Shown: positions 38,272-50,517 of the stretch, one piece after another | Layout: every line of letters starts with the position of its first letter | Position numbering within the stretch: position 1 is the stretch's first letter | Assembly (NCBI RefSeq): GCF_006345805.1 | Contig: NC_043010.1 | Span: 60,326,001 to 60,390,000 of the forward strand | Length of the DNA: 64,000 nucleotides | Reading direction: 5' to 3' | Origin: Octopus sinensis | Taxonomy: Eukaryota | Notes under the pieces: generated by a model | Told to the model about the DNA's origin: nothing | Databases searched by the model: none | Seen by the model: the letters and a program-made list of their open reading frames with translations, nothing else | Made by a program: the position numbers and the translations under genes

Positions 38272-41200
38272 CTAGATGTACCCATTACTCATTGGGTCAC
38301 TACCACTCCAAGTTGAAAATGTTGATATGCAGCGGGAAAGGAAAAAATGCTATTTTATTTAAAATAGTAATCTTTGTCATTTTAATCCCTGAGTTTATTT
38401 CAAACTCCATGATATACCTTAGTAGCCATCCAACATTACTAGGAGGAAACATAGTCCAAACTTTTCTCAGTGTAACTTCAGATTAAGGGAAGTAAAAGAA
38501 AGCATAGTAATTTTCCTTTTGAGAAAATTAAAATTAAGTTGAAAATGTGGCTTTGAAGTGCCCATACCCCACCCCACCCCTCCAGAGTCAAGTGAGTAGA
38601 AATAGATTATTATGATTTCCTTTTTGAAATAAGGGGTCAGCCTGCTGGCACTCCATAAGTTTATCACCACTGCAAATTAACATTTTCAACTTGATTGTTT
38701 TTCTTGAAAGGGAAAATTACTATTTTATTTAAATCAAAAGGCAGAAAAACAGGCAGAGAGACAAATTTTGAGTTTTAATTTTATATAGACAGATAAATGC
38801 TCATTAAATCACTCTATTGAGGTTCAAAACCCATTATAAATTGAAAATTCCCTTCATTACAATATTTTTCGTTTTTTTTCCTCCTCCAAAGTAAATTCTG
38901 ATATTATCACTACTTTTTACTCAATTTAGTGCTATATACAATTGATGATAACAAATTTTTTTTAAATTAAAAGAACCTTCTCTACAGAATTTTGAATTGT
39001 CATGGCAAATAACAACAACACCAGGAATTGCAAACTGCTTCCTCTGCAAGGGTACACCTTCTTCTTCACATAAATTCAACTTTATTCTGGGGATTATTAC
39101 AACTTCATTAGCAAATGTACCATAATTAATTTTTGCAATGATGACATTCTCTTTTAATTGTTGTGCAATCAATCTTGTTCTATTACAAAGCTTTGTTGGA
39201 TTCAGATTCCTTTGCAATATAATTGGTGAGCCAACTTTCAGTTTCAGTCTATAAGAAAATTCCCGGAATTTAAAAATTTTTAAATGGAAAATGTGTGACA
39301 TTAGCTTCTCCATATAGACTGCCAAAAGTTTTGTACTCTTTCAGCTCTTCTGGAAATAATTTAATACTTTCTTCATTTATGGCTCTTAAGATGTCATTCT
39401 TTGTGACTAATACACAGTTCTTTGAGAAGAGGTTCGTCAGATCTTCAAATGATGGGTATATTTCTGTGGTGTATTCTTGCAATTTTTTAAAATTACTAAC
39501 CAAATTTTGGGGAATCTGAATTTCTTCTTATTCATTTTTGGGAATTAGAACTCTTCAAGCATTGAGAATGAATTGTGAATATTCTTCTTGGCCCTCTCTC
39601 AATTACATACTGTGATGTTATTAAATTTTTCAAATTTCCTTATAAAGAGGATCTTTTGATGCTTGAATTGACTATATTAACGTTTGTTCCTCTCTTAACA
39701 ATTGCTAAAAGTTGTTTGAAATTTCCACAACAAATGGTGATGATTCCACCAAATGGTTGATCTTTGTGGCAGATATCTCTTAGTGTTTGGTTAAGTTTCA
39801 GAGCATGCTTTTCATATTGATATTTAATCTCAAATGGTAAGTTTTACTCCTCAAATGATTTATGCTAATTTGGATTTCTTATCAATGTCACAGACTGACT
39901 TTTCTTGAATTGAGATTGGAATCTTGAATTTGGAATAAACCATCCAGCCACTCGGCATCAACATAGCAGCAATTCCTGATGAAGTAACAGCAAGAGCTAT
40001 TTGACATTTACCTCTGACATAAGCTAATAAGGTATTTGTGAGGAAAGTTTTTCCAGTTCCTCCTGGTGCCTAAATGAAATTGAATGATGAGGAATTCATG
40101 TTCAACCATCTGACAATATGATTATAAATGGTCTGTTGCTCTTCATTAAGCAGTGGTGTTCTTTCCGCAACAATATTTCACGGCTCATCTATCTCATAGT
40201 TCAATTCATGCAAAAATTCGTGATTGATTTCAGTCTCTTCATTATTGCAAGGAAATGATAAATTGAAATCTTCCAGCTTTTTTTTAAAAACATTTCAGTT
40301 TTTCTGGTACATACTGCAGTGATCCATCATGATGCCTTTGTTGACATAATAGGCAAAGATCATTCCTCAGTTGTTGTTCTTTCAAGAAGTCATCTGACAT
40401 GGAATCTTTGAATTTCTTCCAAAGAGCTAATGCATCTGACAAATCTCCATGAGTGAGGATCATGAGGACTAAGTCCCTCATTTCTTTAGGAAGCCTTGTT
40501 GTTAGTGTATCTTACATGGTATTAATCCTTAAAGTTAGGAAGGATCATTCTGTTGTATGTTCATAATGCAATGAAATTTTCAGGTCCATGAACTTTATGC
40601 AATAAAATTCTTAAATAATATAATTCTCCTGCTCTTAGTGTGGCAACATAAACATGACAGAGTGTTTCTTCTTTGAAAACGTTCCAATGGCCTTCAACCT
40701 TTTTCCTCACTTTCTTTTTTGCCATTCTTTGTTAGTACTGTTCCAGGTGAAATACATGGGTACTTCAGCATAAAGCAATGTTTTTGCGAAGTCATGTACA
40801 ATGGAAAAAATTCTGTCAATGCTGTTCTCATAATTCATTCACTGGCAGCCATATCCTAATTACTTCTGAGCAATATTCTTTGTTCACCTGGTAGACAAAC
40901 TTGCAGTTTCACTATTGCAGGTTCTCTTTCATGATTGAAAATCCTAAATGGATGCAACTGATTTTCATGGTTCACTATACTTACTATTTGATATTGACTA
41001 ATTTCATTATCATTGTTTATTTGAACAGCAGCTTGGTCATTTCTTTTCAGCATATACTTGCTGATGTACTTAATTGACCTCACTGAGGCAATAATTCCGA
41101 CATGGCAGTGGCATTTGAATGTTCTTAAAAGAGTTCATTATAACATGCAGCCCATTTGTTGTTAATTGTTTTTTCATTGTAATGAGCTTCAACTCCTCAC

Positions 41201-41955
41201 ATTGCAACTGATCTTTGTCTATAGAGAGGATAAGAATCTTCTCCACAGACAGTACTTTGCAAGTATTCTTTGGGAAATCTTTTGGCATATGATCCATTCT
41301 TCCAAAGTTGTTTCTGTTCTTCATTTTTATTCAAATTAACTTGCTGTTGTCTCATTCAGTCTTACTCTAGTCTTTCAGTCCTTTGATTATGATTTTCATC
41401 TAAAGGAATGTGTTGATGTCACATTCAATGTTGCTCTAGTCTCTCAGACTTTGATTATAATTTTTGTTTAAATGTTGGCTTTGTTGTCTTTCCAATTTAT
41501 GTTGTTTCTGTTCTTCAGTTTCAAGTCTTAATTGCACTCTTTTCTGATTCAGCCATCTTTCTCTGTTTAATTGATACCTCTCCCTTTCTCTGATCCTTTT
41601 GGCTTCAAGTATTGAAAGGCTCAAACCAGGCCTTTTTGGTGGCATTTGGGAAAAATATTCTTATGAATTCTTATAAAAATATTTCATAAAAATAAAGGGA
41701 GAATTTCTATCTTTCAGTCCACATCTCTCCTAAAGTAGTATAAATGATTAAGGGAAGGAAAAAGAAAGTGAGAAAAAGGACAGATGGCAATAGCTGCAAT
41801 AAATCATTGAAGAGTCACTGCCACGAATCAACATTTTTGACTTGACTTTTTTTTCTTAAAGGGGAAAATGACTATTTTATTCGCAATCTTTACCATTTTA
41901 ATCAAAGGGTAGGAAAACAGACAGACAAACTTTGAGTTTTAGTATAATATAGATA
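38272..41955 (-). mobile_element. Degenerate, internally deleted Helitron in P4 intron 1
   Basis: Minus strand starts A|TCTATATT at 41955 and ends with hairpin ACCCA..TGGGT plus CTAG at 38272. Walker A APGGTGKTFL at ~40040-40070; PIF1-like C-terminus LKLKVGSPIILQRNLNPTKLCN...PRI...LQRKQF; many stops and frameshifts. Confidence 0.88.
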
Positions 41956-43199
41956 ACCAAATGAGACATTCTAAAAGCTAAAAATGAACAGTTTCTGTTT
42001 GTTTTGATGATTGACTATTTATTATCAAAATATAACATAGGTAACTGAGCATACCACAAACACTGGCATCTTTAACACAATCCTCTGGTCAAATTAGCAT
42101 GTTACTGTGTATGACAATGCTAGCCCTTTCACAAGTACAGTTCCCTTGGCAAACTTTCCTTTTCCATCAACCACTAGCTGTAGATTGACCTAATACTCTG
42201 GTTAAGACATTTGCCAACAATATCATACAGTGGAACTGAATTCAGAGTATCAAGGTCAAAATGTAAACTTCTTAACCATTCAGCAATATTTGTATCCTTA
42301 ATTTTTCATATGCTATGCAACATCAGCTAATACATATTCATGAATCTAAAATCTCTATGATGTAAGCACAGAAACAACCTTTGTATCTACCTATGAAAAA
42401 CTAAATGTCACCAGATATACCTAAGATTTGTCGAGGTATTTTATTGACTTTATAGATACTCCTAGTATTCATTAATTTACTAACTTATGTAGATATATTC
42501 ATATGTTGCCATGGCTGTAAATAAGCTCTGAATAGTTTGAGCATCAGAGCTTGATGTCAAACTTCCTATTTCATCTGAAACCAAAGATGTTCAAGAATAT
42601 TCCAGTTGGAAAATTGAAAAGGCTGTATTATTGTCTTGCAAAAGTAGATTCAATGCAACAGGAGTCTTACAATCCTAGAAACTAATAGTGCCTGCCATAA
42701 AATTGCAGGTCACAGTATATCCTAAGTTATTGTCAAAATGTAGTTTCCATAATGTGAATTCTGACCACTGCAATGAGGGATTCATCCCCAGATCAAAACA
42801 AAAATGAATTATTTCTGGTTAAGTGAAATAGGTTTGTTTCCTTGGATGTTCTTCCTTTTAATCATTCATTATAAAACTTCTATTATTTTCAAGATAATTT
42901 TCTCTATTGTAATAACTATGCCAAATGTTTTTAATCCACAAGGGTTGGACCAAAAGCAATGCAAAAGTGGTCATAATATTCCATTAACTGACATAGATCG
43001 TTCAAATTGTTGATAGAGTAACTCTTCCCCTATACAAAAGTGCAACTCAACGTATTTTCTGTCACAAGTAGTGTGTTTGCATCGTCATTGAACCCAACTA
43101 TCAAATCTTCTTTCTAAAAATTTAAGGTATTCCCTATTGCATTGACTTCTTTATAGCCATTTTACCTCATCTGTATCATCAAATTATTGTCTTCAAAAA

Positions 43200-44049
43200 G
43201 CATCCTTCATTAGACTGAACAAGCAGATGCTGTATGAGGAAGAAGATACAACTGACCAGCCCAGTTTAATGCCAAAGTTGTATATGACAGTATATTGTCA
43301 AGGTGAATGTAGATCATTTTCAGATTCTTGTTCAGTCTCTTCCTCCAAAAGGCTTCTCTAACTTTTTTGAGTTTCTTAATGTACTGTTCACTGCTCACTG
43401 TTCACAGTACATTTACATTCCAGAAAATCAAAGAGAATGTCGTCCATGTTATCCCAAAATACAGTCACCAAAATTTTTTGTTCTGTTTGTTGGCTCTTGA
43501 ATTTCTTAGGCCTTGAAGAAGAGATGTGATGCCATTCTATGGACTGAGCCTCCTTTGCTAGATCATAAATAGATGACCACACTTCATCCTTTGAGAGCAA
43601 AAAAAAGAATGTCTTCATTGACTTCAAATTCTTCCAGCAGATCAGAGCAGATTTCCATCTTCTTTCTTTGAAACAGATGTCAACTGCCAGAGTATATTGC
43701 ACACACTTTCTTGTAGCCAAATTCTATCTTCTATAACACATTGGCCACTGTCCAGTTGTTTGAACAAGTTATGGATTGTAATTTGTGCACACAGATCAGT
43801 TCATCTACTCTCTCATGAGTCATGTCAGTTATTACAGCTGATGGTTTCCCACTGTGTAGTTTGTCTTCAATGTTTATTTCCTCTTCTTTAAACTTCATCT
43901 ATTTATGCACATTGCTTTGGTTAGTGGTGTCATCTCAATAAATTCCGCTTTTGTAAAGAACTCAATGATGGCATGGTTCCGCTTGAACTCCATACAAGGA
44001 AAAAGAACAAGAAGGAGTGTACACCATTACTTTCAGTCCAACCCTCGTA
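43200..44049 (-). mobile_element. Degenerate mariner transposase fragment
   Basis: Minus peptides QSIEWHHISSSRPKKFK...KILVTVFWD...FDFLE and KLKKVREAFWRKR...IHLDN; TACGAGG-type terminus at ~44049. Confidence 0.8.
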
Positions 44050-44389
44050 TTTAACCATGAAAGTTATAGTTTTCTTCTGAAATATTTACATAGATTTGAA
44101 TTGTTTTAGAATGTTTTTTTCTGAAGGATCCCTATTTTCATTACATTCACTTGCAGTACAGGGCAGCTGTAACATCACACAATGGGTTTCTACTGTTTCA
44201 GTCTGAAGTTCATCAACAAACTCTCATCACTATACCTGAACCTGAATCGCTTATATGTTATATATTCTTTATCATTATGCTATCTTCTTTTCTCTTCATT
44301 TTATACTGTATTTATTCTTTCCCTACCTCCTCCTATATCTTTTCTCTTCTCTTCTCATCTTTCGTTTTTGATCATTTCTTTCTCCACAT

Positions 44390-44480
44390 ATACATATTCA
44401 CATACATATATACATACATATACATATATATTAATATATATATATATATATTAATATACAAATACATGTACATATATGTG
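44390..44480. repeat. (TA)/(CATA) low-complexity tract
   Basis: Direct inspection. Confidence 0.85.
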
Positions 44481-45167
44481 ACTTCATAGTCTTTTTTTAT
44501 ACTTTAAGATGTACAGTCAATGTTTTTAACAACTCCAACCCTTTCTATGAACTTAAAAAACTTCTCAAATATACAGCTGTAACTATGGATGTTAATATGC
44601 TATCAGTTAAGTTTCAGAAGGAAATGTATATGTGCTGAAAGACAAAAATATAACATTCAAAATTAAATTTTTCTAAGAAAAGTTTACTTCATATCAAATT
44701 ATTACAATTTGTCTTTTTTTTTTGTTTTTACTTGCTTATTCTGGGGGAAAGGGCAGACCCTATGTTTTTTAGCAAGTCCTCTGAGACTGGTAAGCCTGAT
44801 GATATTTGATCATTTATCATATAGGGTCCAGTTTTCAACTTAACTGTGTCATGTATAATTGAAGTACTGGATCTGTGGATCAAAACAAATTTTTTTATCT
44901 AACTTCCTAAATGTTAGAGATACACTGTATCTATAACATTCTGACCAACATTTGAATATATCACAAACTCACTAGAATTTAAGCTTCATTATAGCACTTT
45001 CAATATTGAATTCAATGTATTAAGTATCACATATTAAAGAATTCTAAAGATTGTAAATGTAAGTTTATTTCAGAACTATGTTTCCCATAGTAATACATTT
45101 CATAAATATATAATAATGTACACCCTAACCTCTAAAATAAGTATATAAAACTTTATTTTGATGACAG

Positions 45168-45315
45168 ATCTATAATAAGCAGGTTTCAGATGGATCTGGT
45201 GAGCAAAATGACACCAGCAGCATTGTGACATCAAACAACCTAAGTGATACATTACCATCTCAAAGAGATCGTGGCCGTGGATGGAGTGAAGGAGATATTA
45301 CACATCAGATATCAG
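45168..45315 (+). CDS. P4 cytoplasmic exon 2 (IYNKQVSDGSGEQNDTSSIVTSNNLSDTLPSQRDRGRGWSEGDITHQIS-G)
   Basis: gacag| acceptor, TCAG|GTAACG donor, 148 nt, open. Confidence 0.88.
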
Positions 45316-45677
45316 GTAACGTGTGAAATATCATTAAAAATAGATATTAATTTCTTATAAACTCACAAGCACAATTCTATCATAATTATAACAGTAAATC
45401 ATTTCTATTGTAATAGAAGGGCTTTACATAAAATACACAAGGAATAAATTAAAAGAGTGGCTTACTATATACAGCTAAATCTAACAAAATGTTCAAATAA
45501 AATGTAATTATAGTAAGATGAATTTAGAATCAAACAATTTTTTTTTCACTTTTCATGGATATAGAAAATAATTTTTTAAAAATGATATATAATCTACTTA
45601 AATACTGTATGTTAGATAACGTATATTTTATACTGTATGATAATGTATATTGTATAAAGTATTTTTGTTTCTTCCAG

Positions 45678-45766
45678 AATATGGTAACTACACACCAAAC
45701 ATACCACCAATGCCAAAGGGTGAACATGAACAAGACACATATCTTGAACCTGTATACAAGAAATAG
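45678..45766 (+). CDS. P4 terminal exon 3 (EYGNYTPNIPPMPKGEHEQDTYLEPVYKK*)
   Basis: tttcttccag| acceptor, 89 nt, TAG. Confidence 0.88.
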
Positions 45767-46587
45767 TCAACACGAAATGATACAGTATATTTGCCCACTC
45801 TTTATTTATTTTTTCTTTTTAACATCTATAAAACAAAAAACAAAATTTTAAAACAGAATAAAACCAATTAAACCACATTTAAAATTAAAAGATATTTTTT
45901 TCAATTACTTCCATTAAATTTGTACCTTAAAAGGTAAACAAATGTGAAAATCTAAAACTCAAAATATTCACAAATATTGTACATACCCTATGCCAAGTAA
46001 AAGGACATAATATAGTGAATCCTCACTCATATATTAATGGCACACATTTTAAACGACGTTAGAAGAGAAAGGAATTATTTTGCCTCAAACAATGATAGAT
46101 CAAAAAATGAACAAACACTTATACTAGAAAACCTCTATGCCAGCATGCAATTTCTGCCATCATCTATCCTATCCACAAATAATTCACTATTTTAATAAAA
46201 AATGATTTTCTAGTCAAGGATTATCATTAAAATTATGAATAAATAATGATATAACATGAATAAGATTTTTGAGAGCCTAAAATTTATATATAATTTAAAT
46301 AATTATTTTCTAGTTCAATATACTGCAATATATCTTATGAAATTGACACTGGGATTCGAATTAATGCTTTACGTAGTCTTATAGTGTCTGTGTTTGCATA
46401 TCATGTGAGCAAATCATAAGTGTTAATGTATAGGGGGTAATTTGGTAGCTGCGTATATTTTCAATAGATTGAATAATATTAAAATCACTTATAAAGCTCA
46501 TTACTAAATATTCAATCATTCTGCAAAATAAAAATTAATTTTAATAAACACAATATATATGGATAAATACAATACTTTAAAATGTAG

Positions 46588-46725
46588 CTAACTCCTACTA
46601 TGACTCACATTCTTCACCATTAAGATACTTCCATTGTCACCCTACTATAGCAGCAGTTATACAGGAACAGTATGGAAGAATCGATGTCTTCGAAAGAGGC
46701 ACAAACAAAGGATTAAACAATGTAG
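46588..46725 (+). other. Exon-like cassette X4
   Basis: tag| ... GTAG|GTAAGT; 138 nt; open in phase 1 (ANSYYDSHSSPLRYFHCHPTIAAVIQEQYGRIDVFERGTNKGLNNVG). Confidence 0.6.
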
Positions 46726-47119
46726 GTAAGTCACTCTATATTGTAATTTTATTCTAAATACTTTGGTAATTTTTGCTTGAATTCTAAGATTTGACAATTA
46801 TATAATAGATAATGTTTTTCATGATATATACAGAGATTCAAAACTAGAGATATATACAAAGATTTAGCCATTTCCAAGAGCTATTTCTGCAGCAATTTCT
46901 ATATACTTTAAGACACATATTTATTAATAGCTACAATCATACAAATATTCATTTGTCAAATATTTACTTATATATTTTCATATACATTGCTATTATTCAT
47001 ATATAATCTAACATGATTTATCTATAAATTGCTTTCAACAAGGAGTATTGATTGTCTATTGGTAATGTCCAATTTCACTCCATTTAAGTAGTATATTAAA
47101 TATCTAAATATATATGTGT

Positions 47120-47125
47120 GTATGC

Positions 47126-47174
<49 letters not shown>

Positions 47175-47245
47175 TATATGATATAATATAATATAATATA
47201 ATATAATATAATATAATATAATATAATATAATATAATATTAATAT
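47120..47245. repeat. (TA)n plus (ATAAT)-type simple repeat
   Basis: Direct inspection. Confidence 0.9.
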
Positions 47246-48059
47246 AAATTCATTCTGTACTAAATTTTTCAGTGGAATAATTCAAAATTTCAGATATATT
47301 TTGTTGTTGCAATTTTTTCATTTGCTTTTCCTAGACCATCATATAATAACTTCTAATGTTACCTTTTATTATTCATTTTTCTCTGTAGTTAATTAATTAA
47401 TTAATTATATCAAGATAGAAATACACACACATATACACAAGTACACCAACAATTAGAAAGAGTACAGCAACAAATTTAACGTGGAGGTAGGAGTTCACTG
47501 GGGCTCAGCTTTCAGTCCCCTCCTATTTATCATAGTCCTCTAGGTCATGCCAGAGGAGTTTAAAACCAGTTGTCCTCTGTTCTGATCACCTTGTTCTTAT
47601 AGCTGAATCTGTAGTAGAATTAAAAAAAGAAATTCCCAGTGTTTATATGAAGAAAACATAGAATAGAAGGATCTTAAAGCTAATAAAGCTAATTTAACAA
47701 AGATCAAAGTTCTAGTAAGCAGGGAAACAGAGAGAACACTGGTCCCATTTGTAAAATGGCCCTGTCTGATATATAGCAAAAGCTTTAGTAGAAATTCCAT
47801 AAGGTGTACCCAGTGAAGACTATGGAAACTTATGAGGTAACAGAATCATGGAGTCACATGAAGTTTAAGCCAGAAAGTAGACTTTGCAGTAGATGTGCAG
47901 AAGCAGTAAGAACACAAGGAAAATAAATTTTCTCTAGAACCCAGGAGTATCTTTAGAGGAAGTAGACAACTGCTGTTTTTTTTTTTTATTTGGTACCTAA
48001 TTAGGAGTGGGTGTGCTCTGAATGAATGGTTGCTAGAATAAGAACCAGCAGGAGAATGT

Positions 48060-48500
48060 TAAGAAAGGTGTTACCACTGTTGGCAACAAAAGGCTTCTTT
48101 CTCTGAGTGAAAGCAGATTGTATGATACTTGTGTATGAACAGTAATGCTACATAGTTGTCCATAAATGCAGAGGAAATGTGAAAACTAGAAAGAAATGAA
48201 ACTAGCACACCTCTCTGGATGTGCAACATCAGTGTATACATATGACAAAATGCAAAGTTTGTAAGAGATATCAGATGTAATGAACAAGACTGCACTGGCA
48301 TAGTCATGTGATGCATATGGATAAAAACGGCTGCATAGAGAAGTGCCAATCACTAAATGTAGATGGAACCTGCAGAACTGAGAGACCTAGGAAGACTTGG
48401 AATGAAGTAGTAAAGATTGACCTGAGGTTGTTCAGCTTCATGAATGAAGTGACAAAGGTCTAAGATGATTGGTGATTCACTGTGCTTGAGAACATACACC
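48060..48500 (+). mobile_element. RTE LINE 3' fragment
   Basis: Degenerate WHxHV.....KRLHREV...RPRKTWNEVVK.DL-like coding remnant; same family as 6245-6720. Confidence 0.65.
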
Positions 48501-49939
48501 CATCTCAGCAAAAATGAGGTCCTAAAAGCAAACTGTTCATGTCTATGCTCCTGTACCCAATCTGTGCCTCACCTTTCAAGCCTTCTCCACAAGTCTTCTT
48601 AAGAACCATCTCTCCAAAATCTATAGCACTATTTACTCAGCTTCAGGGCTGTGCTGAGGCTTCAGTGTCAGCTTTGGCAAGGTTTCTATGGCTGGAAGCT
48701 CTTCCTAATGCCAACCTCTTTACAGTGTGGACTGCGTGCATTTTTTATGACACCAGCTCTTGTGAGGTCATCATAAAAAGTACAGACAAGGAGTAAAGAC
48801 CTCATAACTAAGTGATGGATGGGGTAGTATTTAGAAGCAGAAGGTGGGTATATGCCTAGTGCTGAGAGACTAAAGTATGATAACAAGACAAGCACATGTG
48901 TTTTGCTATAGAGGAGACATATAGCTACTCAAAATTGTATAAGGGTGAGTAGAAGTAGCCAGGAAGAAGATAAAGATAGTTGTGCCAGAGCAAACTCTCT
49001 AGATATAAGAAGATGAACATAAGAGAGGAAACAGTCAGTAGGTTAGATGTGGGAAAGGAGAGGATATATAGTTTCATAAAATTATAAAGGAAGAGTAACA
49101 GATGGTTACACTGAGTTCAACATCAACATCATTTTATATCATCTTTTTCAGGCCAAGCATGGGTTGGAAGGTTGTCACAGACTGAGTTTGTTCTTATTCA
49201 GGGGACCATGTCTTATTTCTGTTTTCTTTTGACATGTTTCTATGGTTGGATGCCTATCCCATTACCAACCATTTTACAGCGTATACTAAGTGCATTTTAA
49301 TGTAGCACTAACACTAGCAGGACTGTCATATTCTCAGCAGGACTGAAAAATCCTCTAAACTTTGCTTTTACTCCCTTCTTCATCAGAGAGTAATGAAAGA
49401 GAACCGGAGCCATAGAGGTAGGAGGACAATAAGGAAAATAGTAAAACAAGAGAGAGAGGGGGAGAGAGGAGGATATTGGATAGTGACAGTACAAATGGTA
49501 GGATGGAAAAAGATTAATAGGAAGGAGACAGTAATAGAAGAGGGATTGTTGGTAGTGAGAGACAGCAAGTGGAGAGAGAAGTGTTTTGACAAAGAAAGAG
49601 TGATGGGTGTTAGCAATGAGTGAAAGATATGTAAGTAATATGAGAAATAGTTATTAAGATTGAGGCTGGCAGGTGAGTGGGAGTGATGGATATCAATAAT
49701 AAGTGAGATTGACAGCTAACAATAAAGAAGTGGTGATGTTAAATGAGGATTGAGTAGATACTCTTCCACTAATGCAATACCATTCCTCAGCACAAGGACA
49801 CATGATGAGTGAGAGATAGGGTGATAGCAGGGACACACTTTAGCAAGAGAGGGATGAATGATAGATGAAGAAGTAACAAAGGGAGGGAAGTAGTGTGTGG
49901 AAACTTAAAATGAACATTACACTTAGGAGAGATGCACAT

Positions 49940-50330
49940 GAACATATTGTACATCACATCTTTATCACTGCCACCATCATTATTCACTTTTAATCCATCT
50001 TTCCATGGTAGCATGTGATACATGGCTACAATATATTGTGACGAGTTTCAGCTTCTTGAGATTTGTCATCCCTATCTTGACCCATGTTTTTGGCTTCCTT
50101 CTTCCACAGGTTCCATCTCCATGGAGTGCTTTGCATAGCATTCTTTATACAACTAGCATACTCTAGATGGATCACATGCTCATGTCAGCATAATCTTCCC
50201 TCTCACTACAACTGCTTTCAAGGCCCGTGTCTCATTCCATGCAACAGCATTTTATACACATGCATCATACATCCTGTAATTAACTCCAAGAAAGAGATTC
50301 TTTGTTGTCAGCAGAGGTAGTACCTTGCTG
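49940..50330 (-). mobile_element. RTE LINE 3' fragment
   Basis: Reverse complement resembles 48060-48480 (cttccacaggttccatct is shared with ~6353-6370). Confidence 0.6.
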
Positions 50331-50517
50331 ATCATATTCCAGTTTGTTCAGTTTTTGTTTACAATGACAATATCAGAAGTTTTTAAAGCAATTTCCCAAA
50401 CTACAAATTTCATTTATCAGATTTAAATGTTTACATATGTTAATATAATTAAATCAACAAGGATTTTTTTTTTTTAGGTTTAAATACACATATGTACATG
50501 AATAATAATGAATTACA

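Noticed and set aside
38921-41645. Helicase/Rep ORFs as a functional gene
   Set aside because: Fragmented, and Rep catalytic motifs were not found; a decayed Helitron.
47120-47245. Regularly spaced repeats as a CRISPR-like array
   Set aside because: Simple AT microsatellite with no unique spacers, in a eukaryotic context.
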